64,000 nt of DNA from the NCBI GenBank assembly GCA_035251975.1, contig DATFDT010000053.1, positions 762-64,761 on the forward strand, given 5' to 3'. The notes under the pieces were generated by a model. That model was given only the letters and a program-made list of their open reading frames with translations. It was not told the origin of the DNA and did no database searches. Both the position numbers and the translations under genes were made by a program. Each line of letters starts with the position of its first letter. Position 1 is the first letter of the stretch. This DNA comes from Pyrinomonadaceae bacterium. GTDB taxonomy: Bacteria > Acidobacteriota > Blastocatellia > Pyrinomonadales > Pyrinomonadaceae. This document shows positions 18,639-27,155 of the stretch, in pieces.

Positions 18639-19652
18639 CTATTCCTTGAGATCCCTTAAAGCTGCCTCGCGGACCACCTGGTCCAACCATGTATGCATGC
18701 TTAGACCTGTCTTTTCTCGCGCTTGCTCAGCGAGCGATTTTGTTTCGGGTGTCACACCTTCCATCTGTCCGAGATACCTGGTTCTGTACGTGCCTCCTCT
18801 TGGACCAGGGATCTCGAAATCGAAATCCGCGGTTGGTTCACCGTCACCAACAGTAAACGTAATCAAATAAAAGACACCGCCGATTACCCATCGCAAAGAA
18901 ACGTGGCGAGCTTCAACCGGCATTTGGTCCAGTGGCACTGGAGCGAGAAACTGCTTGTTTGTCGTAACTAGGATTTTGGCAAACTGCGTCTCACGCAGCC
19001 ACGGCGGCATGCTTTCGTCACCGACGACGATCTTTGCGCCGATCTTGCTGACGCGAACCATTTCTGCGAGCGCACGCTTGATGTCGGAAAACTCACCCAA
19101 TCCGCCGAAGCTGTAGACAGCGTCGAAATATTTATCCGGGTACGGAAGATAAGAAGCATTCGACACGCAATGTGACGCGGGCACATCAGTTCCGGATAAT
19201 CGCTGACGATTTCTGTCTAACATTTGCACCGCGATGTCCTGGAGACAAAGCTGTCCTTGTGTTCCGAGTCGCCGGGCGATGATTTCCGAATCGCGGCCGG
19301 TTCCGGCTGCTACTTCGAGCACGCGAGATGAAGGCTGTAACGCGAGCGAGTCGATGAACTCGTTGCGTAGTTTTTGCTCGTCTTCGTAGTGAGTCTTGAA
19401 AGTGAGATGGAGATTGTTGTCGTAAGCCTCAGCTCGTCCGTCGTAGAAGGCACGCGCATCCTGATCCTGCTTCGGCAATTCACGCGGGAAGGTGAGATCA
19501 GGCACTCCGTGCGTTATCGGATACTCGGCCCCATCCGGCGAAACCAGAACTCCGGAAACGATCTCGTCGTCCATTTCTTCCGCGATCGATTTAATGCTCA
19601 AAGGCTGCCGCGTCTCAGGGCACACATATAGATTGGCGTGTTCACGCTTCAT
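18639..19652 (-). CDS. SAM-dependent methyltransferase with N-terminal Trm112-like zinc-ribbon-type segment and C-terminal extension
   Basis: N-terminus LYVCPETRQPL...YPITHGVPDL (Trm112p-like). Motif I VLEVAAGTGRDS. FDAVYSFGGLGEF. About 110 aa of extra C-terminus. Confidence 0.75.
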   Translation of the reverse strand: MKREHANLYVCPETRQPLSIKSIAEEMDDEIVSGVLVSPDGAEYPITHGVPDLTFPRELPKQDQDARAFYDGRAEAYDNNLHLTFKTHYEDEQKLRNEFIDSLALQPSSRVLEVAAGTGRDSEIIARRLGTQGQLCLQDIAVQMLDRNRQRLSGTDVPASHCVSNASYLPYPDKYFDAVYSFGGLGEFSDIKRALAEMVRVSKIGAKIVVGDESMPPWLRETQFAKILVTTNKQFLAPVPLDQMPVEARHVSLRWVIGGVFYLITFTVGDGEPTADFDFEIPGPRGGTYRTRYLGQMEGVTPETKSLAEQAREKTGLSMHTWLDQVVREAALRDLKE

Positions 19653-19717
19653 TTACGAATCAACTCTCCGATGGAATTTGTCCTACCGATTTTTACACTC
19701 ATGTTTAGCTTTTTGAA

Positions 19718-19917
19718 ACGCCGAAGGCGTTCGCTAATTTCAGCCCAGGGCTGGAGCGTAGCGACAACCCTGGGATCGAAACACAAAACAATATTGAACC
19801 CTGAAAGGGTTCGCCACCCGCCTAACCCTTTCAGGGTTTGGCCGAAATTTTTGAATAGGTCCCAGGGTTCTCGCGATGCTCGAACCCTGGGCTGAAATTA
19901 GCGAACGCCTTCGGCGT
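19718..19917. repeat. Family E nested-palindrome element (MITE-like), copy 2, 200 bp, inverted relative to copy 1
   Basis: TIRs ACGCCGAAGGCGTTCGCTAATTTCAGCCCAGGG / CCCTGGGCTGAAATTAGCGAACGCCTTCGGCGT. The central AACCCTGAAAGGGTT..AACCCTTTCAGGGTT core is shared with copy 1. Confidence 0.9.
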
Positions 19918-19949
19918 AGTCATAAATATTACCGCGCCACTTCAAACCA

Positions 19950-20624
19950 CTACTGCATCTTTGTCAGACGCAAAAACGCGGAGGAGTCGAGCCGGAATTT
20001 CGGTGTATCCGGGGAGATATAGACGCTCTTCGGTTCTGCGTTTTTGGTAATTAGACAGCTAGCCCCCACAAAGCTTTCAGCGCCAATCGTGACTTCGTGA
20101 CCAATCGTCGCGCTTACGCCAATGAAGCAGTGACTTCCGACAACAGTATTGCCGGAAATCACAGCGTGCCCTGCGATATAGCAGTGATCACCGATCGTGG
20201 CGTGATGGCCGATGTGGTTACCACTCCAGATAAACACATCGTTCCCAACCCTCGCACACGGTTGAATCGTCGCAAACTCCAGCACAAAACAATTATCCCC
20301 TACCTCGACATTCCCGACGTTTGCGGCACGTGAGCTGATATAGCTTACAAGCTCGTAATTCTTAGCTTTGGCTTCCGCGTACTTCTGTGCTCTAAACCGG
20401 TTTAGATCCTGGTACCCAACCGCGACAAACATCTTATGATCGCCCGGAGGATACTTCTCTTCAATCTTTTCGAAAGGAATAACCGGCAACCCCTGCTTTT
20501 CCGGCGCCGTCACGTATGCATTATCGACTGTAAAAGCAACGATCTCGTGCGGGCTATCATTGGTAAAGTAAAAGAACGCCTCGTCAGCAATTTTGCCGGC
20601 ACCAAAAATAATTACCTTGCTCAT
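19950..20624 (-). CDS. Left-handed beta-helix sugar acyl/acetyltransferase, NeuD/PglD family
   Basis: N-terminal Rossmann-like VIIFGAGKIADE followed by hexapeptide repeats (IGDHCYIAGHAVISGNTVVGSHCFIGVSATIGHEVTIG). Start overlaps the upstream stop by 1 nt (TAATG). Confidence 0.8.
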   Translation of the reverse strand: MSKVIIFGAGKIADEAFFYFTNDSPHEIVAFTVDNAYVTAPEKQGLPVIPFEKIEEKYPPGDHKMFVAVGYQDLNRFRAQKYAEAKAKNYELVSYISSRAANVGNVEVGDNCFVLEFATIQPCARVGNDVFIWSGNHIGHHATIGDHCYIAGHAVISGNTVVGSHCFIGVSATIGHEVTIGAESFVGASCLITKNAEPKSVYISPDTPKFRLDSSAFLRLTKMQ

Positions 20625-22177
20625 TAATTAACACCTTCGGATTGAAGATACTTTTGCGTGAGATGCCGGCGATCGACCTTCCCGTTAGGATTCTTCGGCA
20701 ATACGTCTTCTCGATGATAAACGGCCGGGATCATGTAGTCGGGAATGATCGAACGAAGATCCTGTTTGATTTGCACATCGTCACGATCGGCTTTGGTTGA
20801 AACAACAGCGACGATCCGGCTCAACTGACCGTTTCGGCTGTGCAGGACCGCCGCTTCCGAGACGTAATCAAGACAATTGAGCGCGGCCTCAATCTCTTCC
20901 AACTCGATGCGGTATCCCATGTGTTTGATCTGATTATCTCTGCGCCCGCGTATGTAAAGCTTGCCGTCAGCCGGATCGACACTCGCCAGATCGCCCGTCT
21001 TATACATCAACTCAGGATAAGCTGAGTGAAGCGGGTTCTGTACAAAGCTCAAGTTCGTTCGTTCCGAATCGTTGTAATAACCTTTTCCCACGTTTGGACC
21101 AAGCAAACACAGCTCGCCGGTTTCTCCTTCAGGCAGTACCGCGCCGCTTTCGTCCACGATCAGAAAAGAAAAATTCTCAGCGATATGGCCCAATGGCGGT
21201 AATCCCTGCAAGTTGTCGAAATCGCTGTCCGATAGCTTGTAGCTGGAGCAGATGCACGTGCATTCGGTTGGTCCGTACACGTTGAACAGCTCACTCCCTC
21301 GTGAATAGGCATCATAAAGCGCCTTGAGCTTGGCTTTCGGATAACCCTCGCCGCCGAACACGAAGCGCTTGATCGATTTCATCCGTTTGCCATCCGCCGC
21401 CTTCATGATTTGCAGAAAGATCAGCAGCGAAGGCACTGAGAACCACAACGTACATTTAGCTGCGTCGATCTTATCGACCAACAACTTCGGATCCTTCGCC
21501 TCGTCTTTCGTGAAGGGTACCAGCTTCGCGCCGTTGAAGAGTGAGGAATAGAGATCGAAGACAGAATTGTCGAAGTAGAGAGGATTGACGTTCGTCAGCG
21601 TGTCGCTGAATTCAATATTGAAGGTGTGACGACCCCACTCAATAAGGTTCAGGACGTTCGCGTGTGTCATCAAGGCGCCTTTGGGAATGCCGGTGGAGCC
21701 TGATGTAAACATGATGTAGGCGCCGTTTGATCCCGTGACACTGCTCGTCACTTGCAAATTAGAATCGTCGAACTCGTTGATCGAATCGGAGAGCAGTGTT
21801 TCTATGCCGAGTGCCGAGATTACGTCAATAAACCTGTCAATGAACTCTCCGTCGGCGAATACTAACCGCGGTTTACACGTCGAAAGAATTTTACGGAGTC
21901 GCTCGATCGGCGTGGCCGGATCGATCATGCAATAAATCGCTCCGATTTTCAGGCACGCAATGATACAGGCGAACGTATCAATCGACTTCTCACCTGAAAC
22001 ACAGACTACATCACCGTTCGTAACGTTCTCTTGTTGCAACAAGCGCGCGACGCGATTTGCTCGCTCATTGAGATCTCCGAACGTGACGGACTCGCTTTCG
22101 CTAAACCAAAGCGCAGTATGCTGCGATCGCTCTTCGACTATCTTTTGGAATCTGATACCGAGATTGTATTCGTACAT
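20624..22177 (-). CDS. Stand-alone adenylation enzyme (ANL superfamily, DltA/NRPS A-domain-like)
   Basis: A3 MFTSGSTGIPKG, A4 LYFDNSVFD (Asp retained), A5 NVYGPTECT, A7 YKTGDL, A8 GRRDNQIKHMGYRIELEEIE, A10 PKNPNGKVDR. Confidence 0.85.
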   Translation of the reverse strand: MYEYNLGIRFQKIVEERSQHTALWFSESESVTFGDLNERANRVARLLQQENVTNGDVVCVSGEKSIDTFACIIACLKIGAIYCMIDPATPIERLRKILSTCKPRLVFADGEFIDRFIDVISALGIETLLSDSINEFDDSNLQVTSSVTGSNGAYIMFTSGSTGIPKGALMTHANVLNLIEWGRHTFNIEFSDTLTNVNPLYFDNSVFDLYSSLFNGAKLVPFTKDEAKDPKLLVDKIDAAKCTLWFSVPSLLIFLQIMKAADGKRMKSIKRFVFGGEGYPKAKLKALYDAYSRGSELFNVYGPTECTCICSSYKLSDSDFDNLQGLPPLGHIAENFSFLIVDESGAVLPEGETGELCLLGPNVGKGYYNDSERTNLSFVQNPLHSAYPELMYKTGDLASVDPADGKLYIRGRRDNQIKHMGYRIELEEIEAALNCLDYVSEAAVLHSRNGQLSRIVAVVSTKADRDDVQIKQDLRSIIPDYMIPAVYHREDVLPKNPNGKVDRRHLTQKYLQSEGVN

Positions 22178-22196
22178 TCGCCTTTTATGCGTGGCC

Positions 22197-22298
22197 TTTT
22201 CTGTGCAACCTCTGAGTTCTCTGTGTCTCTGTGGTGAGTTTTGCTTCTGAATTAGTTAACCACAGAGACACAGAGAACTCAGAAGGTTGCACAGAGAA
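22197..22298. repeat. Family A hairpin element, copy 5 (long-loop form)
   Basis: TTTTCTGTGCAACCTCTGAGTTCTCTGTGTCTCTGTGG-TGAGTTTTGCTTCTGAATTAGTTAA-CCACAGAGACACAGAGAACTCAGAAGGTTGCACAGAGAA. Confidence 0.9.
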
Positions 22299-22310
22299 GA
22301 GGATGCTAGT

Positions 22311-23054
22311 TCAAACAATCAACCCGCCGTCCAGCTCAAAAACCTTGCCGTTGAAAAAATCATTTTGAATCACGCTGACGACGCCTTCTGCGATCTCGGC
22401 GGGTTTGCCTAATCGTCTGAGCGGAACCTTTTTCACTGTTTCGCGTAACGCCGCCTCGTTGACGGCGTTCTTTGTCGAGTCGGTATCGGTGAAACCGGGC
22501 GCGACAGCAATAACGCGAATACCCATTGGCCCAAGCTCTTTGGCCCATACGGCTGTCAACGCGTTCACTCCGGCTTTTGCGGCTGAATACGCCGACTGTC
22601 CCGCATTGCCACTGGATGAAACGGAGCTTATGTTTACAATCACGCCGCGCGTGCGCGTTGTGATCATCTTTTCAACCACACAAACGGTCATGTAGAAGAC
22701 GGAGTTTAGATCCGCGGCCATGACCTTGTTCCACATTCCGGCGTCGTGTCTTGCAACTCCCTCGGACGTGAGCTTGATGAGCGGTTCGCTGTAGAGAATG
22801 CCGGCATTGTTGATCAGGATATCTGCGGCTCCGAACTGCTCGTGATACTTGCCCGTTGCTTTGAGCACGTGGTCATAGTCAGACACGTCGCACTCGATAC
22901 AGTTCACGTTTTCTTTTTTTAGTTCATCAAAGCCGGCCGCATTGAGATCAAACACGGTTACGTTCGTGCCGTTCTCGATCAGCTTTTCGACGGTGGCTCG
23001 CCCGAGTCCGCGCACGCCGCCGGTGATAATGGCCTTCTTACCGCGAAGCTCCAT
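22311..23054 (-). CDS. Short-chain dehydrogenase/reductase, FabG-like (3-oxoacyl reductase family)
   Basis: GKKAIITGGVRGLGRAT, NNAG, catalytic YSAAKAG. 247 aa. Confidence 0.85.
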   Translation of the reverse strand: MELRGKKAIITGGVRGLGRATVEKLIENGTNVTVFDLNAAGFDELKKENVNCIECDVSDYDHVLKATGKYHEQFGAADILINNAGILYSEPLIKLTSEGVARHDAGMWNKVMAADLNSVFYMTVCVVEKMITTRTRGVIVNISSVSSSGNAGQSAYSAAKAGVNALTAVWAKELGPMGIRVIAVAPGFTDTDSTKNAVNEAALRETVKKVPLRRLGKPAEIAEGVVSVIQNDFFNGKVFELDGGLIV

Positions 23055-23055
23055 G

Positions 23056-23289
23056 CTAGCTCGTCACGCCCCTCTCTCTCAACACACGTTTGATCGCGCT
23101 CACGCTTTGCATGGCCACGATCTCGTCAAAACTCAATTGAACTTCGAAACCCTGTTCAAGAGCGACAATGAGTTCCATGTGCTTCAATGAATCCCAGGCG
23201 TCAACGTCCTTCATCGTCAGGTCATCTTTGATGTCCGACGCGGGCATCTGAAGGACCTCGGAGAGTAGATTCTCCACCTTTGCATCCAC
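23056..23289 (-). CDS. Acyl/peptidyl carrier protein
   Basis: 77 aa. Phosphopantetheine-attachment context DVDAWDSLKHMELIVALE (DSL serine). Lies 1 nt from the downstream SDR gene. Confidence 0.8.
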   Translation of the reverse strand: MDAKVENLLSEVLQMPASDIKDDLTMKDVDAWDSLKHMELIVALEQGFEVQLSFDEIVAMQSVSAIKRVLRERGVTS

Positions 23290-23341
23290 TTGCTGTGTTC
23301 ATCCTCCTGCCTTCTCAGAGATCGCTGAGAAGCATTTGCAT

Positions 23342-24301
23342 TCATCCAAACTCCCCGGCGCGGTAAGCGGGGAAGTAGCTGGTTGGTGGCAGGCGTCGTG
23401 CTTCTAATATTTCCTGGTACCGCTGCCTGTTCAAAATTCGACCGCAAAAGTAAACGGACCGAACTCCTGTTGACCAACCCTGCTTGAACCGGCTCAAACC
23501 TTGTTCTGCTGCACTAACGCCTGAGCCACTCCCCAAGTTGAGCCATGCGAATCCATGCTCGGCAAAATATCTAATGGAATGGTCAAACAACGCAAACGAC
23601 GCTCGCAACTCGTATCCAATCGAGTTATACGCACCAAGATGATAATAGGCGCGATTGCATTGGCCGTACCACAGTAGCATTCCAACTGTGTCGTCTTGAT
23701 GTACAGCGCGAAATACTACGATTCCCGGCACGCGCAACTGAGCTTCGAAAGACTCCCGCGAAAACGCCGTCATTCCCGTCAGGTTATGTCTCTCGATCAG
23801 TGTTGCGTAAAGCCTGGTCCAATCATCCAAAAAGTCGATCGGAGATTCGCATTCCTCGATGCGTAGTTCTCGCAGCGCCTTTCGCGCGTTGCGCCGGTGA
23901 TGAGAATTAACAAACGTATCCGGCGAACGGCTTAAATCAATCACATAGTGTTCCTTAAAAGGAAACGCGACATCGGGAAAGCAGTCTTTCAGATCGGTTG
24001 GAGCGTACTCTCCAAAAGGATCCGTCACCAGGAATACGCAAATCAGCTCGTCGCCGATGTTCTCCAGGTCAACATTGAGTCGCGACCAGTTTCGACAGGC
24101 AAACAAAGGATAGCAACCCATCGCATCACGCTCTCCCGTGTCTGGTATGGAACGCTCGAGAACCCAGCCGCCACTCTCAGGCAGATAACGCGGGCTGCCA
24201 AATTCACTCAGTGACTGGCAATACAGACCATGCAAGTATCCGGTCACTTCTTCCTGAGGAACTGGCATAAGATCGCTTTGCGTAAAAGTCAGCGCTCGCA
24301 C
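23342..24301 (-). CDS. GNAT-fold acyltransferase, FemAB/CelD-like
   Basis: 319 aa. VGMLLWYGQCNRAYYHLGAYNSIGYELRASFALFDHSIRYFAEHGFAWLNLGSGSG resembles the FemAB-type/BioF2-like acetyltransferase domain. Confidence 0.6.
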   Translation of the reverse strand: MRALTFTQSDLMPVPQEEVTGYLHGLYCQSLSEFGSPRYLPESGGWVLERSIPDTGERDAMGCYPLFACRNWSRLNVDLENIGDELICVFLVTDPFGEYAPTDLKDCFPDVAFPFKEHYVIDLSRSPDTFVNSHHRRNARKALRELRIEECESPIDFLDDWTRLYATLIERHNLTGMTAFSRESFEAQLRVPGIVVFRAVHQDDTVGMLLWYGQCNRAYYHLGAYNSIGYELRASFALFDHSIRYFAEHGFAWLNLGSGSGVSAAEQGLSRFKQGWSTGVRSVYFCGRILNRQRYQEILEARRLPPTSYFPAYRAGEFG

Positions 24302-24328
24302 TTGGATCGGGTACTGACCCGGCCCAAG

Positions 24329-25609
24329 CTACAACGCTCCGACTTGCTCCGTTTTCCACTTCAGATTGGGTTTGACGACTCCCGGCTCTCGCGCGTACTG
24401 GCTGACGACCCTTTCGTCCAAATCAAATATCTCGAATGTGACGGCACTCTCGTATTGATAAAGCACGGAGCTGAGATCTTTGATAACGAACACATTGAAG
24501 CGATGACGACCGACGTTCAACAAGTCGCCCGGCACATAACAGGTCGAGCGAAACAAACCCGCAGGCGAAGACCGCATGGACCATTCCGGATCGCCGCTGC
24601 CACTGCCTGTCGTAAAAGCCATAGCTTGCTGTTCGGTATACAGATGTAAAGTGATGTTTATGTTTGCACCTGGTTGCAGGTTCCAGTATTCAACATCGAT
24701 ACAAAACGGAGTCCTCGTCGTCAGGTGCTGACCTGAATCTTCATCTAGTGACCTTACCTGTACTCGATGCAATCGAACGGAATGATTGCCGGGCGCCGTC
24801 TCAATGTCAGGCCAAATCTCTTCGTCCGAGCTCTGGTTGCCAAACGAGTGGCTCAAATAATTTCTGACAACCGTTCCAGCGCTGCCATCGTCAGCAATCG
24901 ATCCGCCGTCGAGCCATAACGCTCGCTTGCACAAACTCTGGATCGCAATCATGTTGTGACTGACAAACAACACCGTGCGACCTTCACTCGCCACGTCGCT
25001 CATCTTTCCCAAACACTTCTTTTGAAACTGTGCATCACCGACAGCCAGAACCTCATCGACGATCAAAATCTCAGGCTCAAGATGCGAAGCAACAGCGAAA
25101 GCGAGCCGCATATACATTCCACTCGAGTAGCGCTTAACAGGCGTGTCAAGAAACCGCTCCAGTTCAGAAAAATCAACGATGCGATCGAATTTGGAATCGA
25201 TCTCGGTTTTCTTCATTCCGAGGATCGCGCCGTTCAAGTAGATGTTCTCTCTGCCGGTCAATTCGGGATGGAAGCCAGTGCCAACTTCGAGCAGACTCGC
25301 GACGCGGCCATAAAGCTCAACACGACCGGTGGTCGGCTCAGTTATCCGCGACAACACTTTCAGGAGGGTTGATTTGCCGGCGCCGTTACTGCCGATGATG
25401 CCGACTACTTCGCCTGGCTGCACGTCGAAGTTCGCGTCCTTGAGTGCCCAGATAGTGTCGGTATTTCGCCTGCCGTTGCCACTCCTGAGCCGCCGTATCG
25501 GAGCGCGGACGGCTTGAGTAATCGACTCTCGCAGCGTGTCATAAGCAGCTTCACGAGTGCCGATGGTGTATTGCTTTCCGAGGGTTGTGGCGCGAACGAT
25601 CGGTTTCAT
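24329..25609 (-). CDS. wzt: Polysaccharide ABC exporter ATP-binding protein Wzt with C-terminal glycan-binding-type extension
   Basis: Walker A GIIGSNGAGKSTLLK, signature YSSGMYMRLAFA, Walker B ILIVDEVLAVGD. A ~170-aa beta-rich C-terminal domain follows the NBD. Confidence 0.85.
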   Translation of the reverse strand: MKPIVRATTLGKQYTIGTREAAYDTLRESITQAVRAPIRRLRSGNGRRNTDTIWALKDANFDVQPGEVVGIIGSNGAGKSTLLKVLSRITEPTTGRVELYGRVASLLEVGTGFHPELTGRENIYLNGAILGMKKTEIDSKFDRIVDFSELERFLDTPVKRYSSGMYMRLAFAVASHLEPEILIVDEVLAVGDAQFQKKCLGKMSDVASEGRTVLFVSHNMIAIQSLCKRALWLDGGSIADDGSAGTVVRNYLSHSFGNQSSDEEIWPDIETAPGNHSVRLHRVQVRSLDEDSGQHLTTRTPFCIDVEYWNLQPGANINITLHLYTEQQAMAFTTGSGSGDPEWSMRSSPAGLFRSTCYVPGDLLNVGRHRFNVFVIKDLSSVLYQYESAVTFEIFDLDERVVSQYAREPGVVKPNLKWKTEQVGAL

Positions 25610-25614
25610 TGAGC

Positions 25615-26538
25615 TTAGACGATATCAGCGAAACTCTTCTCCATGCGGCGAAACGAGTAAGAGGCGTAGATTAGTAGAACCAATGTAATTACCGTCGAAA
25701 AGGCCAAAGCGATCCAGTTGAACGGGCGCCCCAACAAGGCAGAGCGAAAACCTTCGATTATTCCCGTCATCGGATTCAATAAAAGCAGTGAACGTAACTT
25801 CACCGGCAGGAAACTGGCCGGGTAGATCACGGGTGAGAGATACATCCACAACTGGACCATGAAGGGCAGTGCGAAGCGAACGTCACGATATTTTACATTC
25901 AGCGCCGACAGCCACATTCCCGTTCCAAGTGCGAGTAGCGTCGTTAACAGCACCATCACGGGAAACATCAGAATGTTCAACGTGATTCCGACGCCGTAAT
26001 AAATCATCAGCAGCACGAGGATGACGAACGCGATTGCAAAATCGACCAACCCGGCAGCCACGGCAGCGCCGGGAATAATCATTCTCGGAAAATAGACTTT
26101 GGTGATCAGGTGGGCGCTGCCCACGAGGCTGTTACCACTGTTGGTTATGGCGTTTGAAAAAAAGGTCCACGCCAGAAGACCCGTGAAGGCAAAAATCGGA
26201 TACGGGACATTGTCTGAGGGAACGCCGGCCAGCCGCCCGAAGAACAAGGTGAAGATCAGCATTGTAAAGAGCGGTTGAATGATGGCCCATGCGACACCGA
26301 GCTCGGTCTGTTTGTACCGGACTTTAACGTCACGCCAGGTTAAGAAATAAAGTAATTCGCGAAAGGCCCACAGGTCGCGTAGATCGAGAGCGCTCCACCC
26401 TTTATTTGGTTCGATGACGACTAATGGCTCGTCAGGTAAACCTGCAACTGTATCGAGCGGATTTTCTAGCTTTCTGTTTTGGGTGGGGTTAGCTGTGGAT
26501 ATCGGCGCGGTCTCGTTATTGGTGCTGGAAATACCCAT
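25615..26538 (-). CDS. wzm: Polysaccharide ABC exporter permease (ABC-2 type) Wzm
   Basis: FRELLYFLTWRDVKVRYKQTELGVAWAIIQPL signature followed by about 6 hydrophobic segments. Lies 5 nt from wzt. Confidence 0.85.
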   Translation of the reverse strand: MGISSTNNETAPISTANPTQNRKLENPLDTVAGLPDEPLVVIEPNKGWSALDLRDLWAFRELLYFLTWRDVKVRYKQTELGVAWAIIQPLFTMLIFTLFFGRLAGVPSDNVPYPIFAFTGLLAWTFFSNAITNSGNSLVGSAHLITKVYFPRMIIPGAAVAAGLVDFAIAFVILVLLMIYYGVGITLNILMFPVMVLLTTLLALGTGMWLSALNVKYRDVRFALPFMVQLWMYLSPVIYPASFLPVKLRSLLLLNPMTGIIEGFRSALLGRPFNWIALAFSTVITLVLLIYASYSFRRMEKSFADIV

Positions 26539-26611
26539 CAGAGTCTTTAGAATTCGGTCGTCGAAGGTCGATCAGTCTATCCACTGCCCTCACCGAGCGT
26601 CAAGCAACTAA

Positions 26612-26711
26612 CTCTGCGTTATCTCTGCGTCCTCTGCGCCTCTGCGGTAAGACAAAACGAAAGCGCATATAAACCGCAGAGGCGCCGAAGACGCAGAGAC
26701 AACGCAGAGAA
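26612..26711. repeat. Family B heptamer-array hairpin element, copy 1
   Basis: CTCTGCGTTATCTCTGCGTCCTCTGCGCCTCTGCGG-TAAGACAAAACGAAAGCGCATATAAA-CCGCAGAGGCGCCGAAGACGCAGAGACAACGCAGAGAA. Confidence 0.9.
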
Positions 26712-26717
26712 CGCGCC

Positions 26718-27152
26718 TCAAGGAACTCGGGTGGCGTTGAAGGTCCCAACCTCCGACCGAAACTTATACGGGCTTTCCTCTTCGTCGACACTCGTGACAA
26801 AGATCAGTTTACCCGTCATCGCGTTCTTCGAAGTAAATTTACCTTTGAAGATGACCGTTCCCAACTCTCGACAGCAAGTGCCGATCGGCAACTCCACTTC
26901 ACCGGAAAAGCTGATACGGTCATTGGTTAACTGTGACCAGGCTGCCGGCTGTGGATCTGCGACCGGCTTGTTATCCGGCGCAGTGTCCTGAAGCAGAAAC
27001 GAAGCGACGCCTTTGGGTTGAGCCACCAATATTAAGTTCTTTTCCACGCCCGCCATAACAAACTTTACTTGCCAGCGACCGACGGGATCAGCAGCCGGTT
27101 GCTGACCGGCAAGCAACGAGATGAGCAGTAAGCAAAGGAGACCGAGTTTCAT
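26718..27152 (-). CDS. Hypothetical small secreted protein
   Basis: 144 aa with signal peptide MKLGLLCLLLISLLAG. Beta-rich, with no motif I recognise. Confidence 0.55.
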   Translation of the reverse strand: MKLGLLCLLLISLLAGQQPAADPVGRWQVKFVMAGVEKNLILVAQPKGVASFLLQDTAPDNKPVADPQPAAWSQLTNDRISFSGEVELPIGTCCRELGTVIFKGKFTSKNAMTGKLIFVTSVDEEESPYKFRSEVGTFNATRVP

Positions 27153-27155
27153 TTT

